A DNA stretch of 64,000 nt from Dictyostelium discoideum. Its lineage: Eukaryota. This document shows, one piece after another, positions 38,009-49,269 of the stretch. Location of the stretch: positions 1,632,001-1,696,000 of the forward strand of contig CM000151.3 in NCBI GenBank assembly GCA_000004695.1, read 5' to 3'. Below the pieces are notes generated by a model. That model made no database searches, was not told where the DNA came from, and saw only the letters and a list, made by a program, of their open reading frames with translations. Made by a program: the position numbers and the translations under genes. Numbering within the stretch: the stretch's first letter is position 1; every line of letters begins with the position of its first letter.

Positions 38009-39382
38009 ATGGTAGAAAAAATCATTGTTTCAAATCCAGTTGCTAATCTTTTAGGTGATGAACAAACCAGGTAATTATAAGATTATAAAAAATAAAAAAA
38101 TAAAAAAATAAAAAAATAAATTTAGATTTTAAAAAATAAAATAAAAATAAAAATAAACAAATATATAAAAAAAAAAATTAATTATAACTAATATTTTTTT
38201 TTTTTTTTTTAATTTTTTTTTTTTTTTTTATTATTATTATTATTTTTCTTTTAGAGTTATTTGGGATTTAATTGAAAAGAAATTAATTTTTCCATTTTTA
38301 GATTTAAAAGTTGAAACCTATGATTTAGGAATTGAGTATCGTGATAAAACCAATGATCAAGTTACAATTGATGCAGCCAATGCAATTAAGAGATTAAAAG
38401 TTGGTATTAAATGTGCAACAATTACACCAGACGAAGCACGTGTCACAGAGTTTGGATTGAAGGAGATGTGGAAATCACCAAATGGTACCATTCGTAATAC
38501 ATTGGGTGGCACATTATTTAGAGAGCCAATTGTTTGTAAGAATGTCCCACGTTTGGTCACCTGTTGGAATAAATCTATAGTTATTGGTCGTCATGCATTT
38601 GGTGACCAATACAGAGCCACTGATTTCGTAGTAAAGGGAGCTGGCAAGTTGGAGTTAACCTACACACCAGCCGACGGCAGTGCACCACAAAAATTCCAAG
38701 TCTTTGACTTCCCATCCGATGGTGGTGTAGCCTTGGGAATGTATAATACCGACGCCTCAATCAAAGAGTTTGCCTACGCCTGCTTCAACTTTAGTTTGGA
38801 CAAAAAGTGGCCATTATATCTCTCCACAAAGAACACAATTCTCAAGAGATACGACGGCCGTTTCAAAGACATTTTCCAAGAGATCTACGAAAGAGAGTAC
38901 AAAGTTAAATTCGACACTGCCGGTATTTGGTATGAGCATAGACTCATCGACGACATGGTCGCCTATGCTATGAAGAGTGAGGGTGGCTTCGTTTGGGCTT
39001 GTAAAAACTATGACGGTGATGTTCAATCAGATGCCGTCGCCCAGGGTTATGGTAGTTTGGGTCTCATGACTTCAGTTTTACTCTCTGCCGACTCTTTAGT
39101 TGCTGAAGCCTCCCATGGTACTGTCACTAGACATTTCCGTGAACATCAAAAAGGTAGAGAAACCAGTACCAATTCAATCGCTTCTATCTTTGCTTGGACT
39201 CGTGGTCTTGAATATCGTGCTAAATTAGATAACAATGATAAATTATTAAAATTCTGTCATGCTCTTGAAGCTTCCTGTATCGATGCTGTTGAATCTGGTT
39301 TCATGACTAAAGATTTAGCAATTTGTGTTAAAGGTTCAGTTGAAAAGTAAGTTTTTTTTTTTTTTTTTATTTATTTATTTTC

Positions 39383-39430
<48 letters not shown>

Positions 39431-39569
39431 TGGAATTTAAATTTACTAATTTCTTTTTATTTTATTTTATATTTTAAAAAATAGTGTAAAACGTACAGAC
39501 TACTTAAATACTGAAGAATATATTAATAAGGTTGCCGAATTACTTGTTAGCAAATTAACTGCATTGTAA
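38009..39569 (+). CDS. idhC: NADP-dependent isocitrate dehydrogenase, cytosolic type (no presequence). Model: join(38009..38070,38255..39346,39485..39569), about 412 aa
   Basis: Exon 1 is [20 protein letters not shown] with GTAATT. Exon 2 is [18 protein letters not shown]...[12 protein letters not shown]...[11 protein letters not shown]...[14 protein letters not shown]...[26 protein letters not shown]...[19 protein letters not shown]...GYGSLG. Exon 3 is [27 protein letters not shown]. The protein is colinear with human IDH1. The ORF-track piece 38457..39350 is an internal part of this gene. Confidence 0.85.
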
Positions 39570-40252
39570 GAAATTTTATAAATCTTACTCACTACTACTA
39601 CCACTACTACTCTACTTCATTATTTCGTGTTGCGGTCTATCATTCATTTTTCTCCATAAAAATCTCATTTCTTTTTTTTTATGTTCAAAATTAGTAGTAA
39701 TAAAATAAAATTGTTATAATTATCCCTTAAAAAAAAAAAAATAAAAAAAAAAAATAAAAAAAAAAAAAAATAAAAAAAAAGTTTCTAATTCATATTTATT
39801 TATTTATATTTAAATTTTTTTTGAAATTTCAAAATAGGTCAAGTAAATTATAAACAAATAGTTCAATTAATAACTGGAACTTCCCCAAAAAAAAAAAAAA
39901 AAAAGGATTTGATAATAAAATAGATTTTTTTTTTTTATTTTTTAGTTGGATTGTATTTAATATAAAAAAAAAAAGATAGGATTTTTTTTTTTTTTTTTTT
40001 TTTATGGTCAGTTTACAAAAATCAATCATAACAATGTTTAGGATATTTTTATTTTTTTTTTTTTTAATTTATTTTTTATTTTTATTTTTTAGTTTTTTTT
40101 TTCCCATTTGATGTTCAAAAATAATTTTTATTTTTTTTTATTTTTTTTTTATTTTTTTTTTTTAATTTTGCTTTTTTTTTAATTTTTTTTTTTTTTTTTT
40201 GATCATTATTATCTTTTTTCAAAAAAAAAAAGTTACATATATATACATAAAA

Positions 40253-41699
40253 ATGATTTCAAATATTAGTAAAAAAATCCTTTCAAATTCATCAAAATTC
40301 ATTCAACAACAATCTTATTGTAAATATTAAAAAAAAAAAAAAAAAAAAAAAATTTCTTTGAAAAAAAAAAAAAAAGATAATTTCGGAATATAAATAAATA
40401 TTTATTTTGTTTAATAAATAAATATAAATTATATTAAAATTTTTTTTTATTTTTTTATTTTTTTTTTATTTTTTTAAAGCCACAAAAAGAATTAAAGTAA
40501 CAGGACCAGTTGTTGAAATGGATGGTGATGAACAAACTAGAATTATGTGGGAATCAATTAAATCAAAATTAATTTTCCCATATGTTGATATTACACCAGA
40601 ATATTATGATTTAGGTTTACCAAATCGTGATGCAACCAATGATCAAGTTACAATTGATGCAGCCAATGCAATTAAGAGAGCAAAGATTGGTGTTAAATGT
40701 GCAACCATCACACCGGATGAAGCACGTGTAAAAGAGTTTGGATTAAAGGAGATGTGGAAATCACCAAACGGTACCATTCGTAATATTTTGGATGGTACAG
40801 TATTCAGAGGACCAATCATTTGTAAGAATTTACCATTGTTAGTACCAGGTTGGAAGAAACCAATCATCATTGGTCGTCATGCTCATGGTGATCAATACAA
40901 AGCCACCGATTTCGTTGTTAACGGTCCAGGTAAATTAGAGATGATTTTCACACCAAGTCAAGGCGAGCCAATTAAAAAGGTGATCTATGATTTCAAAGGT
41001 TCAGGTGTTGCAATGGGTATGTATAATACAACTAGCTCAATCACTGCTTTCGCTCATAGTTGTTTCCAATACGCTATCGATAAAAAGTATCCATTATATC
41101 TCTCCACAAAGAACACAATTCTCAAGAAATACGACGGTCAATTCAAAGACATTTTCCAAGAGATCTACGAAAGAGAATACAGCACTAAATTTGGTGAATT
41201 GGGTATTTGGTATGAACATAGACTCATTGATGATATGGTTGCTTTTGCACTCAAGAGTGAGGGTGGTTTCGTTTGGGCTTGTAAAAACTATGATGGTGAT
41301 GTTCAATCAGATATCGTCGCCCAAGGTTATGGTAGTTTAGGTCTTATGACTTCAGTATTAACCAATGCTGATGGAGTTTTCGCAAGTGAAGCCTCCCATG
41401 GTACTGTCACTAGACATTTCCGTGAACATCAAAAAGGTAATGAAACTAGTACCAATTCTGTTGCTTCCATTTTCGCTTGGACAAGTGCACTTGGTCAACG
41501 TGGTAAATTAGATAACAATAAAGATCTCGTTAAATTCGCTCAAGATATGGAAAAAGCATGTGTTGAATCAATTGAATCTGGTTTCATGACTAAAGATTTA
41601 GCAATTTGTATCAAAGGAAACCAAGTTAAAAGATCAAATTACTTAAATACTGAAGAATATATTAACAAAGTTGCTGAATTTTATAATAAAATTAAATAA
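40253..41699 (+). CDS. idhM: NADP-dependent isocitrate dehydrogenase, mitochondrial type (N-terminal presequence). Model: join(40253..40319,40480..41699), about 428 aa
   Basis: Exon 1 is [22 protein letters not shown] with a GTAAAT donor (phase 1) and acceptor TTTTAAAG at 40479. The join yields ...[23 protein letters not shown]. This matches the human IDH2 mature N-terminus ([19 protein letters not shown]) preceded by a basic, hydroxylated presequence. The rest is the 393-aa ORF. Confidence 0.85.
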
Positions 41700-41930
41700 A
41701 AATTTAAAATTTAAGTAAAATTAATAATAATAATAATAATATCATATATAAATAGAAATAAAAATTAAAAATTTTAAAAAATAGAAATAGAAATAGATAA
41801 ATAAATAGTAAATTAAAATTTTATTTAATTTTTCTTGGGGGTTATTTTTTTTTTTTTTTTTTTTTATTTTAGTATGCTCTCTGTCTGTTTATCTATTTTA
41901 AGAATTCTTAAAATGAAATATTAAAAAGAG

Positions 41931-41965
41931 CGAGGGAGGAGGGGGAGGGGGGGAAAAAGAAAATT
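41931..41965. other. Purine/G-rich tract (GAGCGAGGGAGGAGGGGGAGGGGGGG), a potential G-quadruplex motif between convergent 3' ends
   Basis: Seen in the sequence. Four or more G-runs of at least 3 fall within 30 nt, which is highly atypical for this AT-rich genome. It lies between the idhM stop (41699) and the minus-strand gene stop (41975). Confidence 0.4.
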
Positions 41966-41974
41966 TTAAAATTT

Positions 41975-42507
41975 TTAAAATCTTGATCTTAAACGTTTTT
42001 GACCACTACCTTCATAGATATAAGTAAAAGATAATGGATTACTAAAGTTTCTACCATCATTTGTGATTACAACTTGTACTGGTAATTCTGTACCTTCAGG
42101 TGAATTGAAACCTTGAGGTATTGGATAAGGTGGTAATGTAAAGAATAAAACACTTTCACTAAACAATTCGATATTTGAAGCTGGTACATCACCATGTGGT
42201 GTATGAAAAATACATTTCAATGAATTACATCTAATAAAAGGTGAACCAACAACATGCATTTGATCACCACCCAATGTTGTACCTCGATTGGATGATAAAG
42301 TTCTCAATGTAACATTTCTTCTTCTTGATAAAACTTTTTGATTTGAATATGCATAAAATGGTCTTGATCTTTTTATAAATGGTAATGCACTACCATTAAA
42401 ACCATTAAAACCAATTGTTGATGTATTTGTTGAAGAAGATGTATTATTATTAGTAGTTGAGGTAGTGGTGGTGGTAGTAGTGGTAGTATTATTAACATTA
42501 GTTGTTG

Positions 42508-42539
<32 letters not shown>

Positions 42540-44214
42540 GTTGTTGTGTAAATTCTATTATCATCAGAAATTAAAACATATTCTAAAACAAATTCATTTT
42601 CACGATGTTTTGTTGAAGCTTCAGTCATTGATAAACTATCGAAAGCAACTTTACCATCTTTACCAATTACACCAACTTTATTACCACCTAGAATGAATTG
42701 ACTTGGACGTTCAGTTGTTGAATTTGCGTATGCCAATTGTGCTAAAACTCCACCAACTTTATTCTTTGCCAAATCACCAACAACTCTGATCACTGAATTA
42801 AAAGTTCTACGATCATTTGGTGTTCTAGTTCTAACATCTGATGGTGGTTGTTGTTCGATTATAATATCTAATTCACCAATGATTTGTAATGGTGGCTGTG
42901 TCATTGGTATAAAATTTGTACCTGTACCTGTTGTAATTGATGTTGGTGATGTTATACCAATTAATGGATTTAAATTTGATGATGATGTTGATGCTGATGC
43001 TGATGATGAAGTACTATTTGTATTATTACTACTACTACTACTATTAAATGAACCAATTGATGCTATTATATTTGGAGTTGTTGAATTAATTCCAGAATCT
43101 GTAAATGGATGATTTATAAAAATTGGTGACGTTATTGAAGTTGATGATGATGGTGTTGAGGATGTAGTTTCCATTGCTGTTGTTGATGGTGTTGATGATG
43201 TTGATGATGGTGACATTAATTCATGGAATAATGATGTATTGTTATTATTATTATTATTATTTGCATTGGATGTTTCAGGTGATGTTAAATTTGTTATATT
43301 ATGGTTTGTTGGATTATTTGAGTGTATAAAAATAGTTCTATTTCCATTTGAATTTAAAACTTGGTTCGCATTAATTTGTTGTTGTTGTTGTTGTTGTTGT
43401 TGTTGCTGCTGTTGCTGTTGCTGTAATTGATGTTGAATTTGGTGAATTGAAAAAGGTATTGTATTATTACTATTATTATTATTACTATTATTACTATTAT
43501 TATTATTATTATTATTATTATTTGGTTGTAAAATTTGTTGTTGTGCTTGTTGTTGAGCTGCTTGAATTTGTTGTTGTAATTGATTTAATTGCTGTAATTG
43601 ATGAAGTTGTTGTAATTGTTGTAAATGTTGATATGGTTGAGGAATTTGTGATAAATCGATACTATTATTATTACCATTATTATTGTTGTTACTATTGTTT
43701 GTTTGATTTTGTTGATTTTGTTGTTGTTGCTGTTGTTGTTGTTGCTGTTGTTGTTGTTGTTGTTGTTGTAATTGATGATGATGTTGTTGCTGCTGTTGTT
43801 GTAAATGATTAATTAATTGATGATGAACTGTATTCATCATCATTGATGGTGGTTGTTGGTCACATGCAATTGAATCATTTGATAATTGATTTGAACCACC
43901 AACGATACTACTACTACTACCAACACCAACACCACCTCCAACGATACCACTACCACTACCAATACTTGATGATGAATGATTACCACCAATTGAATTAGCA
44001 CCATTGGAAATTCCACTATTACCATAATAATATAATGAATTTGGATTAAATGTTGAATGACTAATTAATTGTTGAATATTCTCTGTTGCTGAATTTTGAA
44101 TATCAGTTGGTGTTGGAATTGATGATAGAATTTGTTGTGGAAACATTGATGGTAAATGAATTAATCCAACTCCATTTCCAATTCCAAATCCATTATTATT
44201 ACTATTACTATTAC

Positions 44215-44266
<52 letters not shown>

Positions 44267-44482
44267 TCCATTATTATTTGATGATGATGAAGAAGTAGTT
44301 GTAGTGGTTGTAGTGGTTGTATTATTATTATTTATATTTCCAATACTATATTTTTTAAAATCATTCTCAGTTGATTGGTTATAGTTTGATGGTGGAGATG
44401 GTGATTGTGGTTCCATCTTTACATTTAAGTTATCAATTGAATTTTGGTCAAGAAAGTTTTCAAATAACCCAGCGTCATCCAT
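41975..44482 (-). CDS. Q/N/T-rich putative nuclear transcription factor with a C-terminal IPT/TIG-like Ig-fold domain preceded by an RHD/p53-like beta-sandwich region; possibly a CudA-like family member
   Basis: The 835-aa ORF has an N-terminal poly-T/N/Q region and poly-Gln tracts (CAA/TTG repeats). A central segment is LQIIGELDIIIEQQPPSDVRTRTPNDRRTFNSVIRVVGDLAKNKVGG...FVLEYVLISDD. A C-terminal IPT/TIG-like segment follows (HVVGSPFIRCNSLKCIFHTPHGDVPASNIELFSESVLFFTLPPYPIP...VQVVITNDGRNFSNPLSFTYIY). The family assignment is inferred. Confidence 0.5.
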
Positions 44483-44503
44483 TTTTAATTTTTATTTTTA
44501 TAA

Positions 44504-44506
<3 letters not shown>

Positions 44507-44601
<95 letters not shown>

Positions 44602-44602
44602 T
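44507..44602. repeat. (ATT)n/(TTA)n pure intergenic microsatellite, about 32 units, immediately 5' of the putative transcription-factor gene start
   Basis: Seen in the sequence. Confidence 0.9.
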
Positions 44603-45875
44603 TATAAATTTTTATTTTTTTTTTTTATTTTTTATTTTTTATTTTTTTTTTTGAATTTGTTCCCTTATATTATGGAGGCTTTATTATTACCACTGCTAAA
44701 TAAAAATTAATTTTTTTATTTATATTCACTTTAATAATTGTTTTTTTTTTTTTTTCTATAGACTACAAAAAAAAAAAATAATAAATAAAAAATAAAAAAT
44801 AAAATAAAATTAAATGAAGAGATAAAATAAAATAAAATAAATAATAAATATAAATTTTTTAGGTAAAAAAAATAATGAGGGAAAAAAAAAAACTTTTGTT
44901 AGAAAAAAAAAAATAAAAATCAAAAAAAAAAAAATCAAAAAAAAAAAAAAAAAAAAATCAAAAAAAAAAAAAAATCAATACTAAAACGTCCGGACCCTGG
45001 GCCAAAACCCATCTTAAGAATTAATTCTGATATCCATAAAAATAAAATAAAAAAAAAAAAAAAAAATAATAAAATAAATAAATGATAAATATAAAGGGAA
45101 AATTTTTATTTATTTTATTTTTTTTTTTTATTTTTTTTATTTAAAATTTTAAATATGTTTAGAGTTTATTTTCATTGTATTATTTTTATTTTTATTATTA
45201 GTATTTTTTATTTTTTTTTATTTTTTTATTTTAAAAATTCCAAATGAAATTAAAATATATTTGCCTATACTAAAAATTTTAAAATTAAATTATTTAAACT
45301 ATTTCATTTATTCTAATTCCATATGTTTAATTATTTGTTATTCGAATTTTATTCGTACCTAAAGGAGAGAGAAAAAAAATAAAAAGAGAATATATTAGAT
45401 CTTTTTTAAAAGGACCAATATTATTTTACTTTGGTATAAATTATCATTTGTTAATAGATTCACAAAATTTCATTCAACCACCTAATTTTTTTATTTTTTA
45501 TTTTCTTTTTTTTTTTTATTTTAATTTTTTTTTTTCTTTTTTTTTCGTTTATTTAATACTTAGATCTGGACTACAAAAAATGTTAAATCTAAAAAGATTT
45601 TAATTTTTTTTTTTATTTTTTTTTTAACAATAATATTAAAAAATTAATTATTTTAAAATAAAAAAAATTAAAATAAAAAAAAATTAAAAATAAAAAATAA
45701 AATAAAAAAATAAAATAAAAAAAAAAAAAAAAAAACTAAATAAATCTTTGAAAATTAAAAAAATAAAAAAATAAATAAAAATAAAAATAAAAATAAAAAA
45801 TAAATAAAAAAGAGAAAAGTTTTTTGTTTTTGGGATTATAGATTTAAATTATTTAAAAAGGTCTCTTCTAAGAAG

Positions 45876-45913
<38 letters not shown>

Positions 45914-46305
45914 ATTGATTTCAAAAATAAAAATAAAAAAAAAAATAATAAAATAAAATAAATTCATTACAACAGCAATAACATTCAATTAAACTCCAAC
46001 TAAAAAAAAAGAAAAAAAAAAATATCTCTTTTTTTTAAAAAAAAACCACTTGACGTTTTTTAAAAATTTAAAATTAAAAAACCATACTTTTTTGTAAATC
46101 TAAATAATAATAATAATAATAAATTATAAATTAAAAAATTTACTATAACATAATAAAAAAAAAAATAAAAATAAAAATAAAAAAAAAAAAAAAAAATAAT
46201 AAGAATAATTTTAATCCTGCCACCCCTCACCCATTATTGTAGGAAATAAACAAAAAAAAAAAATAGTTTTTATAGAACTTGTAATAATATTTATAATTAA
46301 TAAAA

Positions 46306-48345
46306 ATGAGTACCATTAATCATATAGAATCACATTTTCAAGCTTCAAATCAAATACTACATTCAAATCCAAGTACTTTAACATTTTTAGAAAATATTGA
46401 TAGGTTAGTTTCTTTTTTTTTTTTTATTTTTTTTTTATTTTTCCAAGAATTATGATTTTTAAAAAAACTAATTATTATTATTATTATTTTTTTTTATTTA
46501 TTTATTTAGATTATTAAATTTAACAAATTCAACATATAGTGGTATTCAGTATACTGGTATTAGAGGATTAAATGATTTTTCATGTACAAGTTTTAAAATG
46601 TTGGTTATTGTATTCTCAAAATTTAGATCAATGAAATCAATTTTCAAATTAGTAAATTCACCAGATGAAAAGGTTAGATCAGAGACGTTATCATTATTAT
46701 GGAATTTTTCGGCTGAAGAGAGTTTAAAAATTAAAATGTTTGAAGAAAGAATATTGAATTACATTGGCTGTTTATTCAATTACCAAGATGAGAATCTTTT
46801 ATTAAGAACTTCAGCAATAATTCAAAATCTTTGTGAATTTCGATTTGAAAAAGGTGCAATAAACCAAAACCAAATTAAAATAGTATCACAATATAAGGAT
46901 TTACTATCAACCATAATCCAAAGATCGAATCATCAAGATGTAAGAATTAAATTTCTATCTTGTAATACACTTTGTAATCTATCAATGAATGAAGAGAATA
47001 GGAAACTGTTCCAACATATGAATATATTTCAAGATGTAATTGGAGAATTCAATAAAAACTATCTCAACGACATTGAACTACCCTCATCCTTCAATTGGGT
47101 CACATTGCAACCTCTACTCGGTTTAATCAGTAGTAAAGATACTCAAGTCCAAATATTCATCCTCTACTGTGTCTTAAGTTTCTCATTATCTGAAAAATAC
47201 AATCGCCGTCTTTGGAGAGTCTTTGCCAATAATCATGGTATTGAATCTCTATTAAAATTAAAAAAATCAAAAATTCAATTAGTTTCTGAATTATCTACAA
47301 AAATTTGTACAACTTTAAAAATTGGTAAAATATCATACCTACATAGGCAATTAAATAATAATAATAATAATAGTAATAATAATACTAATATGTGATGTTT
47401 TTAATTATTTTAGAAAAACAAAAAATTGAAACATTAAAACACGATTCTAATGAATGTTTAGAAAATGATATTTCAAAATTATTTAATAATGAAAATATGT
47501 TTCCAGATTTAATAATAAAATGTAAAGATAAACCAAATTTTTATTTACATAGATCAATTTGTGTTTCAAGATGTCCAAAATTAAAAATTATACTTGATAA
47601 TCAATCGATAAATAATGATGATAGTGGTGATGGTAGAAATGGTTTAAAATCAAGTACAGGTTTTGAAAAAGAATTTTTAAATTTAAGTGGAATTGGTGAA
47701 AAAATAATTTCAAATATAAATTATGGTGATAGACAAATCGTGCAATTGGAATTGGAATTATATGAAACATTTTATGAGATTGCTAAATGGATTTATGGAA
47801 TTCATTCAAATTCGAATTTATCGTCAGAGGTGGTAGCGAAATCAGTGATGAAGATAGCATATTTTTTAGAGGTTCAAGATATAATTCAAGAATGTGAATA
47901 TTCGTTATGGCATCATATCGATTTAAATAATTGTTCAGAGATTTTAAATCTTTCATTACAGTGTAATTCAAAGCAGTTGGAGAATGTTACAGTGGAATTC
48001 ATACTCAGGAATTTAGATTCCATATATTTTGGTAATGCTAAATCTGATTTCCTAAATCATACTTTCAATCAAGATTTAAATATTAATAAACTTTGGTATT
48101 CTGGTGGTACAAATAATTGGACTAAATTAATTAAAAATCATATTATCAATTCTTATCAACTACAACAACAAAAATTTAAAATTGAAATTCATGAATTAAA
48201 TAATCAAAATAATTCTAATAAAAATAATAATAATAATAATATCAATAATAATAATAATAATTTACATTTTAATAATAATATTAATATTAATACAAATAAT
48301 ATTCAACATTATTCATCTTATAATGATTATGATTCATATAGATAA
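46306..48345 (+). CDS. Armadillo-repeat + BTB/POZ + BACK-like domain protein. Model: join(46306..46403,46510..47372,47414..48345), about 631 aa
   Basis: Exon 1 is MSTINHIESHFQASNQILHSNPSTLTFLENIDR with a GTTAGT donor. Exon 2 has ARM-like repeats (…LLWNFSAEESLKIKMFEERILNYIGCLFNYQDENLLLRTSAIIQNLCEF…VRIKFLSCNTLCNLSMNEENRKLF…). Intron 2 runs from GTAATA at 47373 to TTTTAG at 47413. Its phase-1 junction joins it in frame to the BTB domain (FPDLIIKCKDKPNFYLHRSICVSRCPKLKIIL) and BACK-like region. ORF-track pieces 46598..47395 and 47392..48345 are therefore one gene. Confidence 0.6.
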
Positions 48346-48675
48346 AAAAAAAAAAAAAAAAAAAAAAAAATTGTATTTATAAAATTTATAAACGAAAAAT
48401 AAATAAATTAAAAAAAAAAAAAAATGTTTTGATAATAAATAAAAAATTAAATGTTTGTGTTTTTTTTTTTTTTTGAAATAATCTAAATTTAGATTTAAAA
48501 ATTAATTTCTTATAATTTTTTTTTTTTTTTTTTTTCTTATTTTTTTTTTTCTAAATATTTTTTGATTTTTTAAAATTTTTTTTTTTTTTTTTTTTTCATT
48601 TTTTTTTTTTTTTTTCAAACCACAATAATTTACTTTTTCTTTCTTTCTTTTTATTAATCATATTTATATATTTTA

Positions 48676-49234
48676 ATGTCATATAAATTCGATCCAGCAC
48701 TTTTAGAAAAAAGAATAGTTAGAGATGAAATAGATACGAGATACAGAGCTAGCGACCAACTTTTACAAAATGCAGTTAGAAAGAAACCAAATGTACTTGG
48801 TGAGAAGAAACAAACTGTAAGAAAACCAAGTAATGGTACAATTAGAAATCGAAGAGGTGGTGATGATGATGATGACGACGATGGATCACCTGTTAGAAGG
48901 ACAAAAGGTTCAACTCAAACTAAACAACAATTTGAAAAAGTATTTATTCATTTATTTATTTATCTATTTTTTTGTTTTGTAAAATTTATTTAATACTAAT
49001 TGTTTTTTTATTTTTTATTTTTATTTTTTATTTAGAAATCACAAACACCACCAAAACCAATTATAGATAAGAGTAGTTTTATTTGGAATATTCCATTAAA
49101 GAAAAAGGATGTACCAATAGATGATGAGGATGATGATGAAGAGGATATTAAAGATCGTAATAAAAAAAAGCCAATTACCACCTCTTCCTCTTCCTTCTCC
49201 TCTCCAAAACCTATATCATCAATGTCTTCATCAA

Positions 49235-49269
<35 letters not shown>

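Noticed and set aside
38770-41340. Alternative-frame and antisense ORFs inside the two IDH genes (38357..38560-, 38770..38973+, 38814..39026-, 40643..40870-, 40987..41340+, 41094..41306-)
   Set aside because: They are embedded in strongly supported, highly conserved IDH coding sequence. Relatively GC-rich coding DNA in an AT-rich genome produces long spurious open frames. Paralogous spurious ORFs appear at the same relative positions in both copies.
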